A DNA stretch of 64,000 nt, taken from positions 2,974,707 through 3,038,706 of the forward strand of contig OZ220474.1 of assembly GCA_965115985.1 (NCBI GenBank), given 5' to 3'. The notes under the pieces were generated by a model. That model was given only the letters and a program-made list of their open reading frames with translations, had not been told where the DNA came from and did no database searches. This document shows, piece after piece, positions 8,601 through 15,490 of the stretch; the stretch's first letter is position 1, and each line of letters starts with the position of its first letter. A program made the translations under genes and the position numbers. The DNA is from Acidimicrobiales bacterium (lineage in GTDB: Bacteria; Actinomycetota; Acidimicrobiia; Acidimicrobiales; Bin134).

Positions 8601-10854
8601 GGATCGCTTTGCTGGTCCCCGCCTTGGCATGAAGAACCGGAAGAACGAAGGTGCCGGCGCCGGTGGAGCCGCCGGCCGAGCCGAGCATCGCGCCGCCGCC
8701 GGGCAGGGGTGGCCCGCCGTAGACGAACGCGGGACCCTCGGTGGCCAGACTGGGACCGTTGTCGTTGTAGTGGCGCACTCTCACTTGGTAGGTCTCGCCT
8801 ATTTTGAAATCGGTGATTGTCGTGCGTTGGTCCAAGGTGCTGGCCACGGTCCACGGACCCCAGGGACCGTCCCCAACCTTCCAGGAAACCTCGTCCCCAA
8901 CCTTGCCTGGTCCACTTCCTCTGAAAACTCGAGGTTTGCCGCCGTTGCTGGGAGAGTCCACATAATAAGCTATGGTCACCCATTTAGGTGCCCCCGGTGG
9001 CCGCTCGTCGCCATGGCCTTTTACTTTGACGACCGCGGACGAGAAACCTTTGCCGAAACTGTTTTCCGCTCGCAAAACCAGGTAACGATCGGAAATATAA
9101 CCTAAAGTAATGCCATCGGGGGCTTGCCCGTTCGCCAGGATGCGGGGCAAAGTGATAGTGTTCAACCCGGCGCACTCCTGTGGGTCGGTGATGTCCACCT
9201 GGTCGTCGCTCGCGTCCTGCGTGCTGTCGCACAACGGAATCCATTTGGTCTCGGCCGCCAAATCCTCCACGGAACCGTCATGCTTGTACTCCCAGGCGGT
9301 GATCGGAGAACCACCATCGCTGCCAGGGGTCCACGACAAAGTAATCCTCGCCGACCCATTGCGCGCTATCCAGTCGGCCTCCCCGGAGAAGTCCAACGGG
9401 GCCGCAGGCACCGTACCCGGGTAAAGATCCTTGGGGGTCTCCACATAGGGGCCGGGGCCGATACGGTTCACCGCCCGAATCCTGAACCGGTAGGGTGTGC
9501 CCGCAGCCAAACCGGGGACCTTGTACGCCCTGGACCCTGTCTTATCCACCTTGGCCAACTCGGTTAAAATTTCTCCGGCTGTCCCGTTGGTTAGGAATGT
9601 TTGGTCGGCGGGGATGGTCATCCACTGGCCCCACTCGCCATCACCGGTCTTTTGCTGGTACTCGTAACGAATCAAAGGGGAATCCCCATCGTTCATGCGC
9701 GTAACACCTCGAGGTTCTGCCCACTTCAAGGTGATCGAGTCCTCTCCCGGATCCTGCCGGAACCAAGTGGTGTCCCCAGCGGGCGCACCGGTGGGTACGG
9801 CACCGGGAACGCTGCCGGGATCGACAACGGGGGTCACGGAGGACTCGGTGCCCGCACCGTTGATGTTCACCGCCCGAACCTGGAAGCGGTAATTCTTGGT
9901 GTTGTCCAAACCGGTCACCACATAAGAAGTGGTGCCCGCGCCGCTGCCGGGGATCCTGGTCCATGGTGTGTCGGAGGGAATCCTCCCTCGGTACTCCCAT
10001 CCGGTGATCGGCGAACCCCCGTCGCTGCTCGCCACCCACGACAAGGTGACCGACTTGTCTCCCGGTGTGGTTCTGAGGTTCTGGGGGCGGCCCGGTTTGC
10101 CCGAGGCCACCACCGGTCCCACCTCGGCGGCGGGACCCGCACCGTTGGCGTTCACGGCTCGAAGCCTGAACCGATAGGTCACCCCGTTGGTCAAACCCGT
10201 GACCTCGAAATCACCGGAATACTGGTCGGAGCCGGGAACGATGTTCCAGGAGGTCCAATCCCCATCACCGGTCTTCTGCTGATACTCGTAGCGCACCGGG
10301 TCAGTCCACCCGGTCTCCACGCTGTCGAACTGGGGCAACGTCCAGTTCAGGGTGATCTTCGAATCATCTGGAGTGGCTCTCAACCCGCCGGGAGCCTGCG
10401 GCAAGCCAGTGATAGTGACCCGTTCGATCCTGGTCGCCAGGTTGCTGTCGCCCTTTTGGCCCGCGGCGTTCACCGCGCGGAGCTTGAAAGTGTAGGAGTA
10501 ACCATTGCGCAGGCCGGTGACGGTGTAGGAAGTGGTGGAGCCGGTGCTTCCCGGGATCGGGTACCACACTCCCTTGTCGGTTTGGGTGGATCCAAAAGGG
10601 CCTACCAAATAGGTGTACTCGTATCCCACGATCGGACTGCCACCGTTGTCGGTCGGGGCACTCCACGTCAATGTCGCCTGCCTGAAACCGGCCACCGCAA
10701 CCGGCTTACTCCTATCACCACCACTGGGCCCCAGAACTATCGACGGCCCCACCTGCTGCTGCGCACCAACACTACCAACCGGCACCAAAACCGCAGCCAA
10801 CAACACCCCGACAGCGGCCCACCCACCAACAGATCGCCCGGTGGAACCGCCCAT
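5659..10854 (-). CDS. Giant secreted protein: signal peptide, about 14 fibronectin type III domains, duplicated Cys-rich DxDxDG-containing C-terminal module
   Basis: The ORF runs 5659-10965. The ATG at 10854 is preceded by AGGA at 5-nt spacing and gives a signal peptide MGGSTGRSVGGWAAVGVLLAAVLVPVGSVGA/QQ. There are about 14 units with the FN3 signature (xTLxW...GGSPITGWEY...TGLxNGxxYxFxVRAVNxxG). The C-terminus carries two roughly 95-aa repeats with LDGDGNGVADTCSLPYTRREAIARQ and LDSDRDGVADVCSLPYTRREAIARQ. Alternative starts are 10917 (ATG) and 10965 (TTG). Confidence 0.85.
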   Translation of the reverse strand: MGGSTGRSVGGWAAVGVLLAAVLVPVGSVGAQQQVGPSIVLGPSGGDRSKPVAVAGFRQATLTWSAPTDNGGSPIVGYEYTYLVGPFGSTQTDKGVWYPIPGSTGSTTSYTVTGLRNGYSYTFKLRAVNAAGQKGDSNLATRIERVTITGLPQAPGGLRATPDDSKITLNWTLPQFDSVETGWTDPVRYEYQQKTGDGDWTSWNIVPGSDQYSGDFEVTGLTNGVTYRFRLRAVNANGAGPAAEVGPVVASGKPGRPQNLRTTPGDKSVTLSWVASSDGGSPITGWEYRGRIPSDTPWTRIPGSGAGTTSYVVTGLDNTKNYRFQVRAVNINGAGTESSVTPVVDPGSVPGAVPTGAPAGDTTWFRQDPGEDSITLKWAEPRGVTRMNDGDSPLIRYEYQQKTGDGEWGQWMTIPADQTFLTNGTAGEILTELAKVDKTGSRAYKVPGLAAGTPYRFRIRAVNRIGPGPYVETPKDLYPGTVPAAPLDFSGEADWIARNGSARITLSWTPGSDGGSPITAWEYKHDGSVEDLAAETKWIPLCDSTQDASDDQVDITDPQECAGLNTITLPRILANGQAPDGITLGYISDRYLVLRAENSFGKGFSSAVVKVKGHGDERPPGAPKWVTIAYYVDSPSNGGKPRVFRGSGPGKVGDEVSWKVGDGPWGPWTVASTLDQRTTITDFKIGETYQVRVRHYNDNGPSLATEGPAFVYGGPPLPGGGAMLGSAGGSTGAGTFVLPVLHAKAGTSKAILSLRDTAAANSAISTRSQMENLGGTIGWEYSYKIADGDWGEWTFVNNGLQFNNSQELEIDGLGNGVAHQFRIRAVLGSLPGITMESKPVTPGVPPPAPEGLTATGGDRQVTLTWTSAGSGGPAITKWQYCDFSTDCDAADDWTDVPGRNPAAASAIVSGLTNGTAYTYRIRAINAIGAGAAAQTLPVTPGRVPNPPVRALVEAGDAQVTFRVTKPSLLALSDESATVRGDRVTGYQVRKKRVGEPWEAWETLGTTIPKTANFKTDRPSAETGAVIRNLENGVSYTFQVRAVNTYGPGPHLETSAVIPIGAPTAGTLNARAGDTQVMLSWAGAASAGSTITAWQYRQRQDDGGYAAWTDIENSGPATTSHTVTGLSNGIGYRFAVRAVTNNQQVKGFEFESNTVTPSTTPPQPAQVTASRGDRQVILTWTAGTPGTPGEPTWASPTTSWQYRTRTGDGAFATWTDIADSDATTTGHTITDLTNGVPYTFEVRAINPMGASEAGSDSATPAVVPPAPTLTAEAGDMAVTLSWTPNGDGGSVITGWQSRTGDGEWADLTTSATNTVSISNLDNGTAYTFGVRAVNAVGAGEAATASATPAGTPPAPTLTAEAGDMMVMLSWTSNGDNGSAITGWHVRTGDGEWADLAADATSHVVSDLTNGTAYTFGVRATNAMGDGAVTTESATPATVPSAPTVTVTGGDGEITLSWASTGDGGSQITGWHYRMRVGVGDYGEWTMMAADAEGASLTGLDTGTGAVAYTFEVRATNAIGDGAVTTSDPVTPTSAPPVNDDYYSGVVDGPDFCTDRSLGGARLFALDGDGNGVADTCSLPYTRREAIARQNAVITLANRYPDQYRALVNAACAAEPDGDQACGGDTLAAPGYAPINDGGPYYSGTITGPGYCTNRSLGGPTTYPLDSDRDGVADVCSLPYTRREAIARQKAGDALAAIHHDEFKTALTEECRRLKGTNYGDTPADLAADVCGP

Positions 10855-10931
10855 CGAAGTCCTAGCAACCCGCCGGACACGGCCGACGGCACGGCCCCAA
10901 AACCTGGATTCAATCATAGGGGCGAGTATCG

Positions 10932-10948
10932 CCCCCCCCCCCCCCCCC
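10932..10948 (-). repeat. Homopolymer G17 (C17 on + strand) upstream of, or at the extreme 5' end of, the FN3 gene
   Basis: Counted directly: 17 consecutive C at 10932-10948. This is 78-94 nt upstream of the preferred ATG 10854, or codons 7-11 (GGGGG) if TTG 10965 were used. Confidence 0.9.
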
Positions 10949-11090
10949 GTCAAGTCTCTGGGCAAAAAGTTCTAGGGTTTAGAGTGTTGCCCCCGGCGGG
11001 CCCGGAGGCGACAAAGGTCCAGATACCCGAGCCAAGAAACGCTTCAGGAAGTGGAGTCGCCCCGGGAGGGCTGGAAGCCCACCCGGCTGG

Positions 11091-11723
11091 CTAACGTACC
11101 TCCAGGATTCGGTAGCCCCGGCGGGATCCGAGCCGGGTGGTGGGGTGGCCCTGCTCCTCCAGCCATCGGGCCAGCGAGTCCGAGCCCAGGTTCTTGTTGA
11201 CCACTAGGTAGGCCCGCCCTCCGTCGTCCAGCCTTCCCAGCCAGGTGGTCAGCATCCGGTGGAGGGCGACCTTGCCGATACGGATGGGAGGGTTGGAGTA
11301 GATGGCGGCGAAGCGAACATCGGGAGGAACCTCGTCGGGCAGGCATGCGGTGGCGGTTCCACCGGCGTGGCGATCCAGGTTGGCCCGGCACAACTCCAGC
11401 GCTCGAGGGTTGACGTCCACGGCCCACAGCGGTACCTGGGGGGCCCACCGGCTCAGTGCCACCGCGATCGGCCCGTACCCGCAGCCCAGATCCAGCAGCG
11501 GTCCGGTTCGGGGTGGGCGAGGGCCCTCGGCCAGCAAGTACCGGGTTCCCCAGTCCACCTCGTCGGCCGCGAACACTCCCCGGTCGGTAGCCAGCTCGAC
11601 GTCCAGATCACCCACCCGCAACTCGACCGTCCCCGCCCGCCGCCCGCTCTCCGGCCCGGTGCTGAAGTAGTGGGAGTTGCTCACACCTCGACGGTACCCC
11701 GTCCGGCGGTCCTGCCCGCCCAT
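11091..11723 (-). CDS. Class I SAM-dependent methyltransferase, small-domain (RsmC/RsmD-like) type
   Basis: LLDLGCGYGPIAVALS (motif I) and IYSNPPIRIGK (NPPxR catalytic motif). The start is uncertain (ATG 11723 or GTG 11684). Confidence 0.8.
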   Translation of the reverse strand: MGGQDRRTGYRRGVSNSHYFSTGPESGRRAGTVELRVGDLDVELATDRGVFAADEVDWGTRYLLAEGPRPPRTGPLLDLGCGYGPIAVALSRWAPQVPLWAVDVNPRALELCRANLDRHAGGTATACLPDEVPPDVRFAAIYSNPPIRIGKVALHRMLTTWLGRLDDGGRAYLVVNKNLGSDSLARWLEEQGHPTTRLGSRRGYRILEVR

Positions 11724-11830
11724 CCGGCTCGGAGGCCTGCTGGGTGGTTCCGCCCGCCCATCCGGCTCGGAGGCTCCGTCCGGTGGTCCCGTCCGCTCAT
11801 CCGGCTCGGCTGCTTGGGTGCGGGCCTTCC
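11714..11830. repeat. 38-39 bp x3 tandem repeat at the methyltransferase 5' end / def upstream region
   Basis: gcccgcccatccggctcggaggc occurs at 11714 and 11752. A degenerate third copy (gtccgctcatccggctcggctgc) lies at 11791. Confidence 0.85.
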
Positions 11831-11854
11831 ATCGGTTGGCGGTAACCTGCGGCC

Positions 11855-12379
11855 ATGGCTCCGCTGCGGATACGAGTGTACGGCGACCCGGTGCTGCGGC
11901 GGGTGGCGGCGGACGTCACCGACATCGACGGGGCGATGGCCGATCTGTGCGGTCAAATGTTCACCGCCATGTACGAGGCCCCGGGCATCGGTCTGGCCGC
12001 GCCCCAGGTGGGGGTGTCCCAGCGGTTCTTCGTGTACGACATGGGTGAGGGGCCCGAGGTTCTGGTCAATCCCGAGATCGCCGACCGTGACGGCGAATGG
12101 GTCTACAACGAGGGCTGCCTGTCGGTGCCCGAACTGTCGTGGGAGATCGTCCGGCCCCGCCGCATCCACCTGAGGGCCCACGATCTGGACGGCAACGAGG
12201 TGTCCATCGAGGCCGAGGACCTCCAGGCCCGTCTCTTCCAGCACGAACTCGACCACCTCGATGGCAGGATCCTGCTCGACTATCTGGACGAGGATCAGCG
12301 TCGGGAGGCCAAGCGCATCCTGCGGCACCGGACGATGGGCGACCGCAGCCGTCCCCCTGGCCGCGGATTGTCGTTGTAG
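11855..12379 (+). CDS. def: peptide deformylase
   Basis: 174 aa with the three Def motifs: GIGLAAPQVG, EGCLSVP, QHELDHLDG. Confidence 0.95.
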   Translation: MAPLRIRVYGDPVLRRVAADVTDIDGAMADLCGQMFTAMYEAPGIGLAAPQVGVSQRFFVYDMGEGPEVLVNPEIADRDGEWVYNEGCLSVPELSWEIVRPRRIHLRAHDLDGNEVSIEAEDLQARLFQHELDHLDGRILLDYLDEDQRREAKRILRHRTMGDRSRPPGRGLSL

Positions 12380-13260
12380 TGATCGACCCGCCGGTCGAGG
12401 TCCACCGGCTCGTATACCTCGGCACCCCGGTGGAATCGGTGCCGTTCCTGGAAGCGCTGGTCGAGGCCGGTTTCGACGTGGTCCTGGTGGTCACCCGGCC
12501 CGACAAGCGCCGGGGACGGCGGACTGCTCCCACCCCCAGCCCGGTGAAGGCCGCCGCCCGGAGGTTGGGGGTTCCCACCACTTCCGAGGTGGACGACGTG
12601 CTCGACGTCGATGCCGACCTCGGCGTGGTGGTGGCCTTCGGGCGGATCATCAAACCCCATGTGCTCGACCGGTTGGCCATGGTCAACGTCCACTTTTCGC
12701 TACTGCCCCGTTGGCGGGGCGCGGCCCCGGTGGAGCGGGCCATCCTGGCCGGTGACCGGGTGACCGGGGTGGGCCTGATGGAGGTGGACGAGGGACTCGA
12801 CACCGGCCGGGTGTATCGCCAGGTCGAAGTGCCCGTGGCCCCCGATGCCACCGCGGCGTCGCTGCGGGCCGACATGGTGGAAGCCGCCGTTCCCATGCTG
12901 ATCGGGGCCCTCCAGGATGGCCTGGGCAGGCCCGAGCCCCAGCGGGGGGAGCCGGTGTACGCGGCCAGGATCACCCGTGACGAGCTTCGCCTCGACTGGG
13001 AGCAGCCGGCAGCGTTTTTGTGCCGGCAGGTCCGGGTCGGTGGGGCGTGGACGACCTGGCGAGGGAAAACCCTGAAAATCTGGTCGGCCCTCTCGGTCGG
13101 GGGGTCGCAACCGGTCGGCCGGATCGACGGCGATCTGGTCGGCACCGGCGAGGGACGGTTGCGGCTGCTGGAGGTTCAGGCCGAGGGCGGCCGCCGCCAG
13201 GCCGCCGGGGACTGGTACCGGGGGGCCCGCCCGACCCCCGACGACCGCCTCGGGCCGTGA
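12379..13260 (+). CDS. fmt: methionyl-tRNA formyltransferase
   Basis: Within ORF 12097-13260 the homology begins at VYLGTPVESVPFLEALVEAG. It continues with HFSLLPRWRGAAPVERAILAGD. The proposed GTG 12379 overlaps the def TAG by 1 nt. Confidence 0.85.
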   Translation: MIDPPVEVHRLVYLGTPVESVPFLEALVEAGFDVVLVVTRPDKRRGRRTAPTPSPVKAAARRLGVPTTSEVDDVLDVDADLGVVVAFGRIIKPHVLDRLAMVNVHFSLLPRWRGAAPVERAILAGDRVTGVGLMEVDEGLDTGRVYRQVEVPVAPDATAASLRADMVEAAVPMLIGALQDGLGRPEPQRGEPVYAARITRDELRLDWEQPAAFLCRQVRVGGAWTTWRGKTLKIWSALSVGGSQPVGRIDGDLVGTGEGRLRLLEVQAEGGRRQAAGDWYRGARPTPDDRLGP

Positions 13261-13400
13261 ACCCCGCCGGCGGAGGGCGAAACGCTCGGGCCGTGAACCC
13301 TACCGGCGGAGAGCGAAACGCTCGGGCCGTGAATCCTGCCGGCGGGGAGCGAAACGCTCGGGCCGTGAATCCTGCCGGCGGGGAGCGAAACGCTCGGGCC
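13249..13400 (+). repeat. 36-bp x4.2 tandem repeat of the fmt-stop / rsmB-start GTGA junction
   Basis: ctcgggccGTGAa recurs with TGA at 13258, 13294, 13330 and 13366 (period exactly 36). A fifth partial copy reads GTTG instead of GTGA. Confidence 0.95.
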
Positions 13401-14756
13401 GTTGCCGCCTCGCTTTTGAACCGAATCGAGGGCGATGGGGCCTACGCCAACCTGGTGCTGGCCTCGGCCGACCTGCCCGAGCGTGACGCGCCTTTCATCA
13501 CCGAGCTGGTCTACGGGGTTACCCGCATGCGCCGGGCCCTGGATTACCTGATCGACGGTTTCGTGGCCGACCCTCCCGACCTCGGCACCCGCAACCTGCT
13601 GCGGATCGGGGCCTACCAGCTCCACATGATGGCCACCCCGGCGTATGCCGCGGTGAGCGAGACCGTCCAAGCCTGCCCTCGTCGCCGCCGGGGATTCGTC
13701 AACGCCGTCCTGCGCCGGGTGGCCGAGATGGACCCGGTATGGCCTTCAGATGCGGTCCGATTGAGCTACCCGGATTGGATGTTGGAGCAACTGGAGGGCG
13801 ACCTCGGACCGGCTGATGCCCACGCCGCGCTGGAGCGGATGAACCAGCCGACCGCGGTCGCCACCCGATCCGACGGCTATGTCCAGGATCGGGCGTCGCA
13901 GTGGGTGGCCGAGCTGGTCGATCCCCAGCCGGGGAATCTGGTTCTGGACATGTGCGCCGGTCCGGGAGGAAAGGCCACGGCCATGGCCGGGAGATCGGTG
14001 ATTTCGGAGAGCCCAGCCGAAGCCGGGAGATCGGCAACGGCAAAGAGCCCAGCCGAAGCCGGGAGATCGGCAACGGCAAAGAGCCCAGCCGAAGCCGGGA
14101 GATCGGCAACGGCAAAGAGCCCAGCCGAAGCCGGGAGATCGGCAACGGCGGAGAGCCCAGCCGGAGCCGGGAGATCGGCAACGGCGGAGAGCCCAGGAAC
14201 GGCCAAAAGTCCGCCCATCGTGGTGGCTGCCGATCACCGCCGTCATCGAGCATTGCTGGTGGCGAACAACTCCATCCGCTCCGGTGTCCCCCTGGCCGGT
14301 GTGGTGGTCGCCGACGGCCGTCAACCGCCGTTTCGCTCCGGTTCTTTCGACCGGGTGCTGGTGGATGCCCCCTGCTCTGGTCTGGGGGTGCTGGGGCGTC
14401 GGGCCGATGCCCGCTGGCGGGTGGGTCCCGACGACGTGGAGGAGCTGGCCCGTCTCCAGTCCGAGTTGGTTCGGACCGCATTTCGTTTGGTCCGTCCCGC
14501 GGGAGTGGTGGTGTACAGCGTCTGCACCATGACCGTGGCCGAGACGGTGGCCATCGACGACATGGTGGCCCGGGAGCACCCGGATGCCGTGCCGGTGGTC
14601 ATCGACGACATGGTGGCTCGGGAGCACCCGGACACCGTGCCGGTGACCATCGACGACACCCGCTGGCGGCCCTGGGGCCGTGGAGCCCTCGTCCTCCCCC
14701 AGGACCACGACACCGACGGGATGTTCGTCGCCATCTACATGACTCCCGCAGGCTGA
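13257..14756 (+). CDS. rsmB: 16S rRNA (cytosine967-C5)-methyltransferase RsmB/Sun
   Basis: NusB-like N-domain (ARAVAASLLNRIEGDGAYANLVL), SAM motif DMCAGPGGKA, and catalytic region DRVLVDAPCSGLGVLGRRADARWR. The start can be any of four in-frame GTGs (13257, 13293, 13329, 13365). Confidence 0.85.
   Translation: MNPAGGGRNARAVNPTGGERNARAVNPAGGERNARAVNPAGGERNARAVAASLLNRIEGDGAYANLVLASADLPERDAPFITELVYGVTRMRRALDYLIDGFVADPPDLGTRNLLRIGAYQLHMMATPAYAAVSETVQACPRRRRGFVNAVLRRVAEMDPVWPSDAVRLSYPDWMLEQLEGDLGPADAHAALERMNQPTAVATRSDGYVQDRASQWVAELVDPQPGNLVLDMCAGPGGKATAMAGRSVISESPAEAGRSATAKSPAEAGRSATAKSPAEAGRSATAKSPAEAGRSATAESPAGAGRSATAESPGTAKSPPIVVAADHRRHRALLVANNSIRSGVPLAGVVVADGRQPPFRSGSFDRVLVDAPCSGLGVLGRRADARWRVGPDDVEELARLQSELVRTAFRLVRPAGVVVYSVCTMTVAETVAIDDMVAREHPDAVPVVIDDMVAREHPDTVPVTIDDTRWRPWGRGALVLPQDHDTDGMFVAIYMTPAG
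13986..14207 (+). repeat. 36-bp x~6 in-frame tandem repeat inside rsmB, encoding (SPAEAGRSATAK)n
   Basis: Units begin at 14009, 14045, 14081, 14117 and 14153, with partial copies at both edges. The array sits immediately after the GPGGKATAMAG SAM-binding motif. Confidence 0.93.
14553..14660 (+). repeat. 48-bp x2.2 in-frame tandem repeat near the rsmB C-terminus, encoding IDDMVAREHPD(A/T)VPV(V/T)
   Basis: atcgacgacatggtggc occurs at 14553 and 14601, with a partial copy at 14649. Confidence 0.92.
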
Positions 14757-14855
14757 TTGTCCTTGCATCGGTCGGGTGGGTGGGCCGGTACCCCGGTTGT
14801 CGAGTCGGCCGGCCCACTCGCCCCCCAGCCGGTCGGGTGGGTAATCTGGGCGGCG

Positions 14856-15344
14856 ATGACGGATCGGGACACCGCCGGATTGGTGGCCAGAGTCCTAACG
14901 GTGTCCGACGGGGTGATCGCCGGTACCCGAAAGGACGAATCGGGTGATGCTCTGGTGGAGCTGCTGGTTCGCGAGGGATACCGGGTGGACGATCGCCGAG
15001 CGATCGAGGACGGGGTCGAGTCGGTGCGTGATGCCCTGGTGGACCTGTCCAGCGGCTTCGCCGGGCTCGTCGTCACCACCGGAGGGACCGGTTTCGGGCC
15101 TCGGGATCTGACTCCCGAAGGCACTGCCGCGGTGGTGGAGCGGCGGGCCGACGGCCTGGCCGAGGCCACTCGGTTGGTGACCCCGTTCGGTCGTCTGTCC
15201 CGAGCCATCGCCGGCACCAGGGGCACCGCGCTGATCGTGAACCTCCCCGGATCACCGAAGGGGGCGGTGGAGTGTCTGGAAGCGGTGCTCGACGTCATCC
15301 CCCACGCACTGCGCCTGCTGGCCGACCAACCGACCGAGCATTGA
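14856..15344 (+). CDS. mog: Molybdenum cofactor biosynthesis protein MogA/MoaB family
   Basis: VLTVSDGV...GDALVELL...VVTTGGTGFGPRD.TPE...PGSPKGAVECL, the MoaB/Mog fold signature. The ATG at 14856 lies inside ORF 14757-15344. Confidence 0.85.
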   Translation: MTDRDTAGLVARVLTVSDGVIAGTRKDESGDALVELLVREGYRVDDRRAIEDGVESVRDALVDLSSGFAGLVVTTGGTGFGPRDLTPEGTAAVVERRADGLAEATRLVTPFGRLSRAIAGTRGTALIVNLPGSPKGAVECLEAVLDVIPHALRLLADQPTEH

Positions 15345-15345
15345 C

Positions 15346-15490
15346 GTCGCCCCCCGGTGGTGAGGAAGGGGGCCGGGGCTGATGGGGCGGCGGGGTGCCT
15401 CCCGGCCCGAGTCGCCCCCCGGTGGTGAGGAAGGGGGCCGGGGCTGATGGGGCGGCGGGATATCTCCCGGCCCGAATCGCCCCCCGGAGA
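15346..15490 (+). repeat. 65-bp x2.2 tandem repeat between mog and ribD, including the ribD start region
   Basis: gtcgccccccggtggtgaggaagggggccggggctgatggggcggcggg occurs at 15346 and 15411, with a partial third copy from about 15476. The ATGs at 15382 and 15447 are 65 nt apart and so in different frames. Confidence 0.92.

Noticed and set aside
10855-10965. N-terminal extension of the FN3 protein from TTG 10965 (MPRDLTGGGGG...)
   Set aside because: ATG 10854 has an AGGA Shine-Dalgarno and yields a textbook signal peptide. The extension would place 37 non-signal residues, including the G17-encoded Gly run, in front of it. It is kept only as an alternative.
12097-12378. N-terminal 94 codons of ORF 12097-13260 as part of fmt
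   Set aside because: This stretch overlaps def in another frame and is Arg/Pro-rich. Fmt homology starts at VYLGTP just after GTG 12379.
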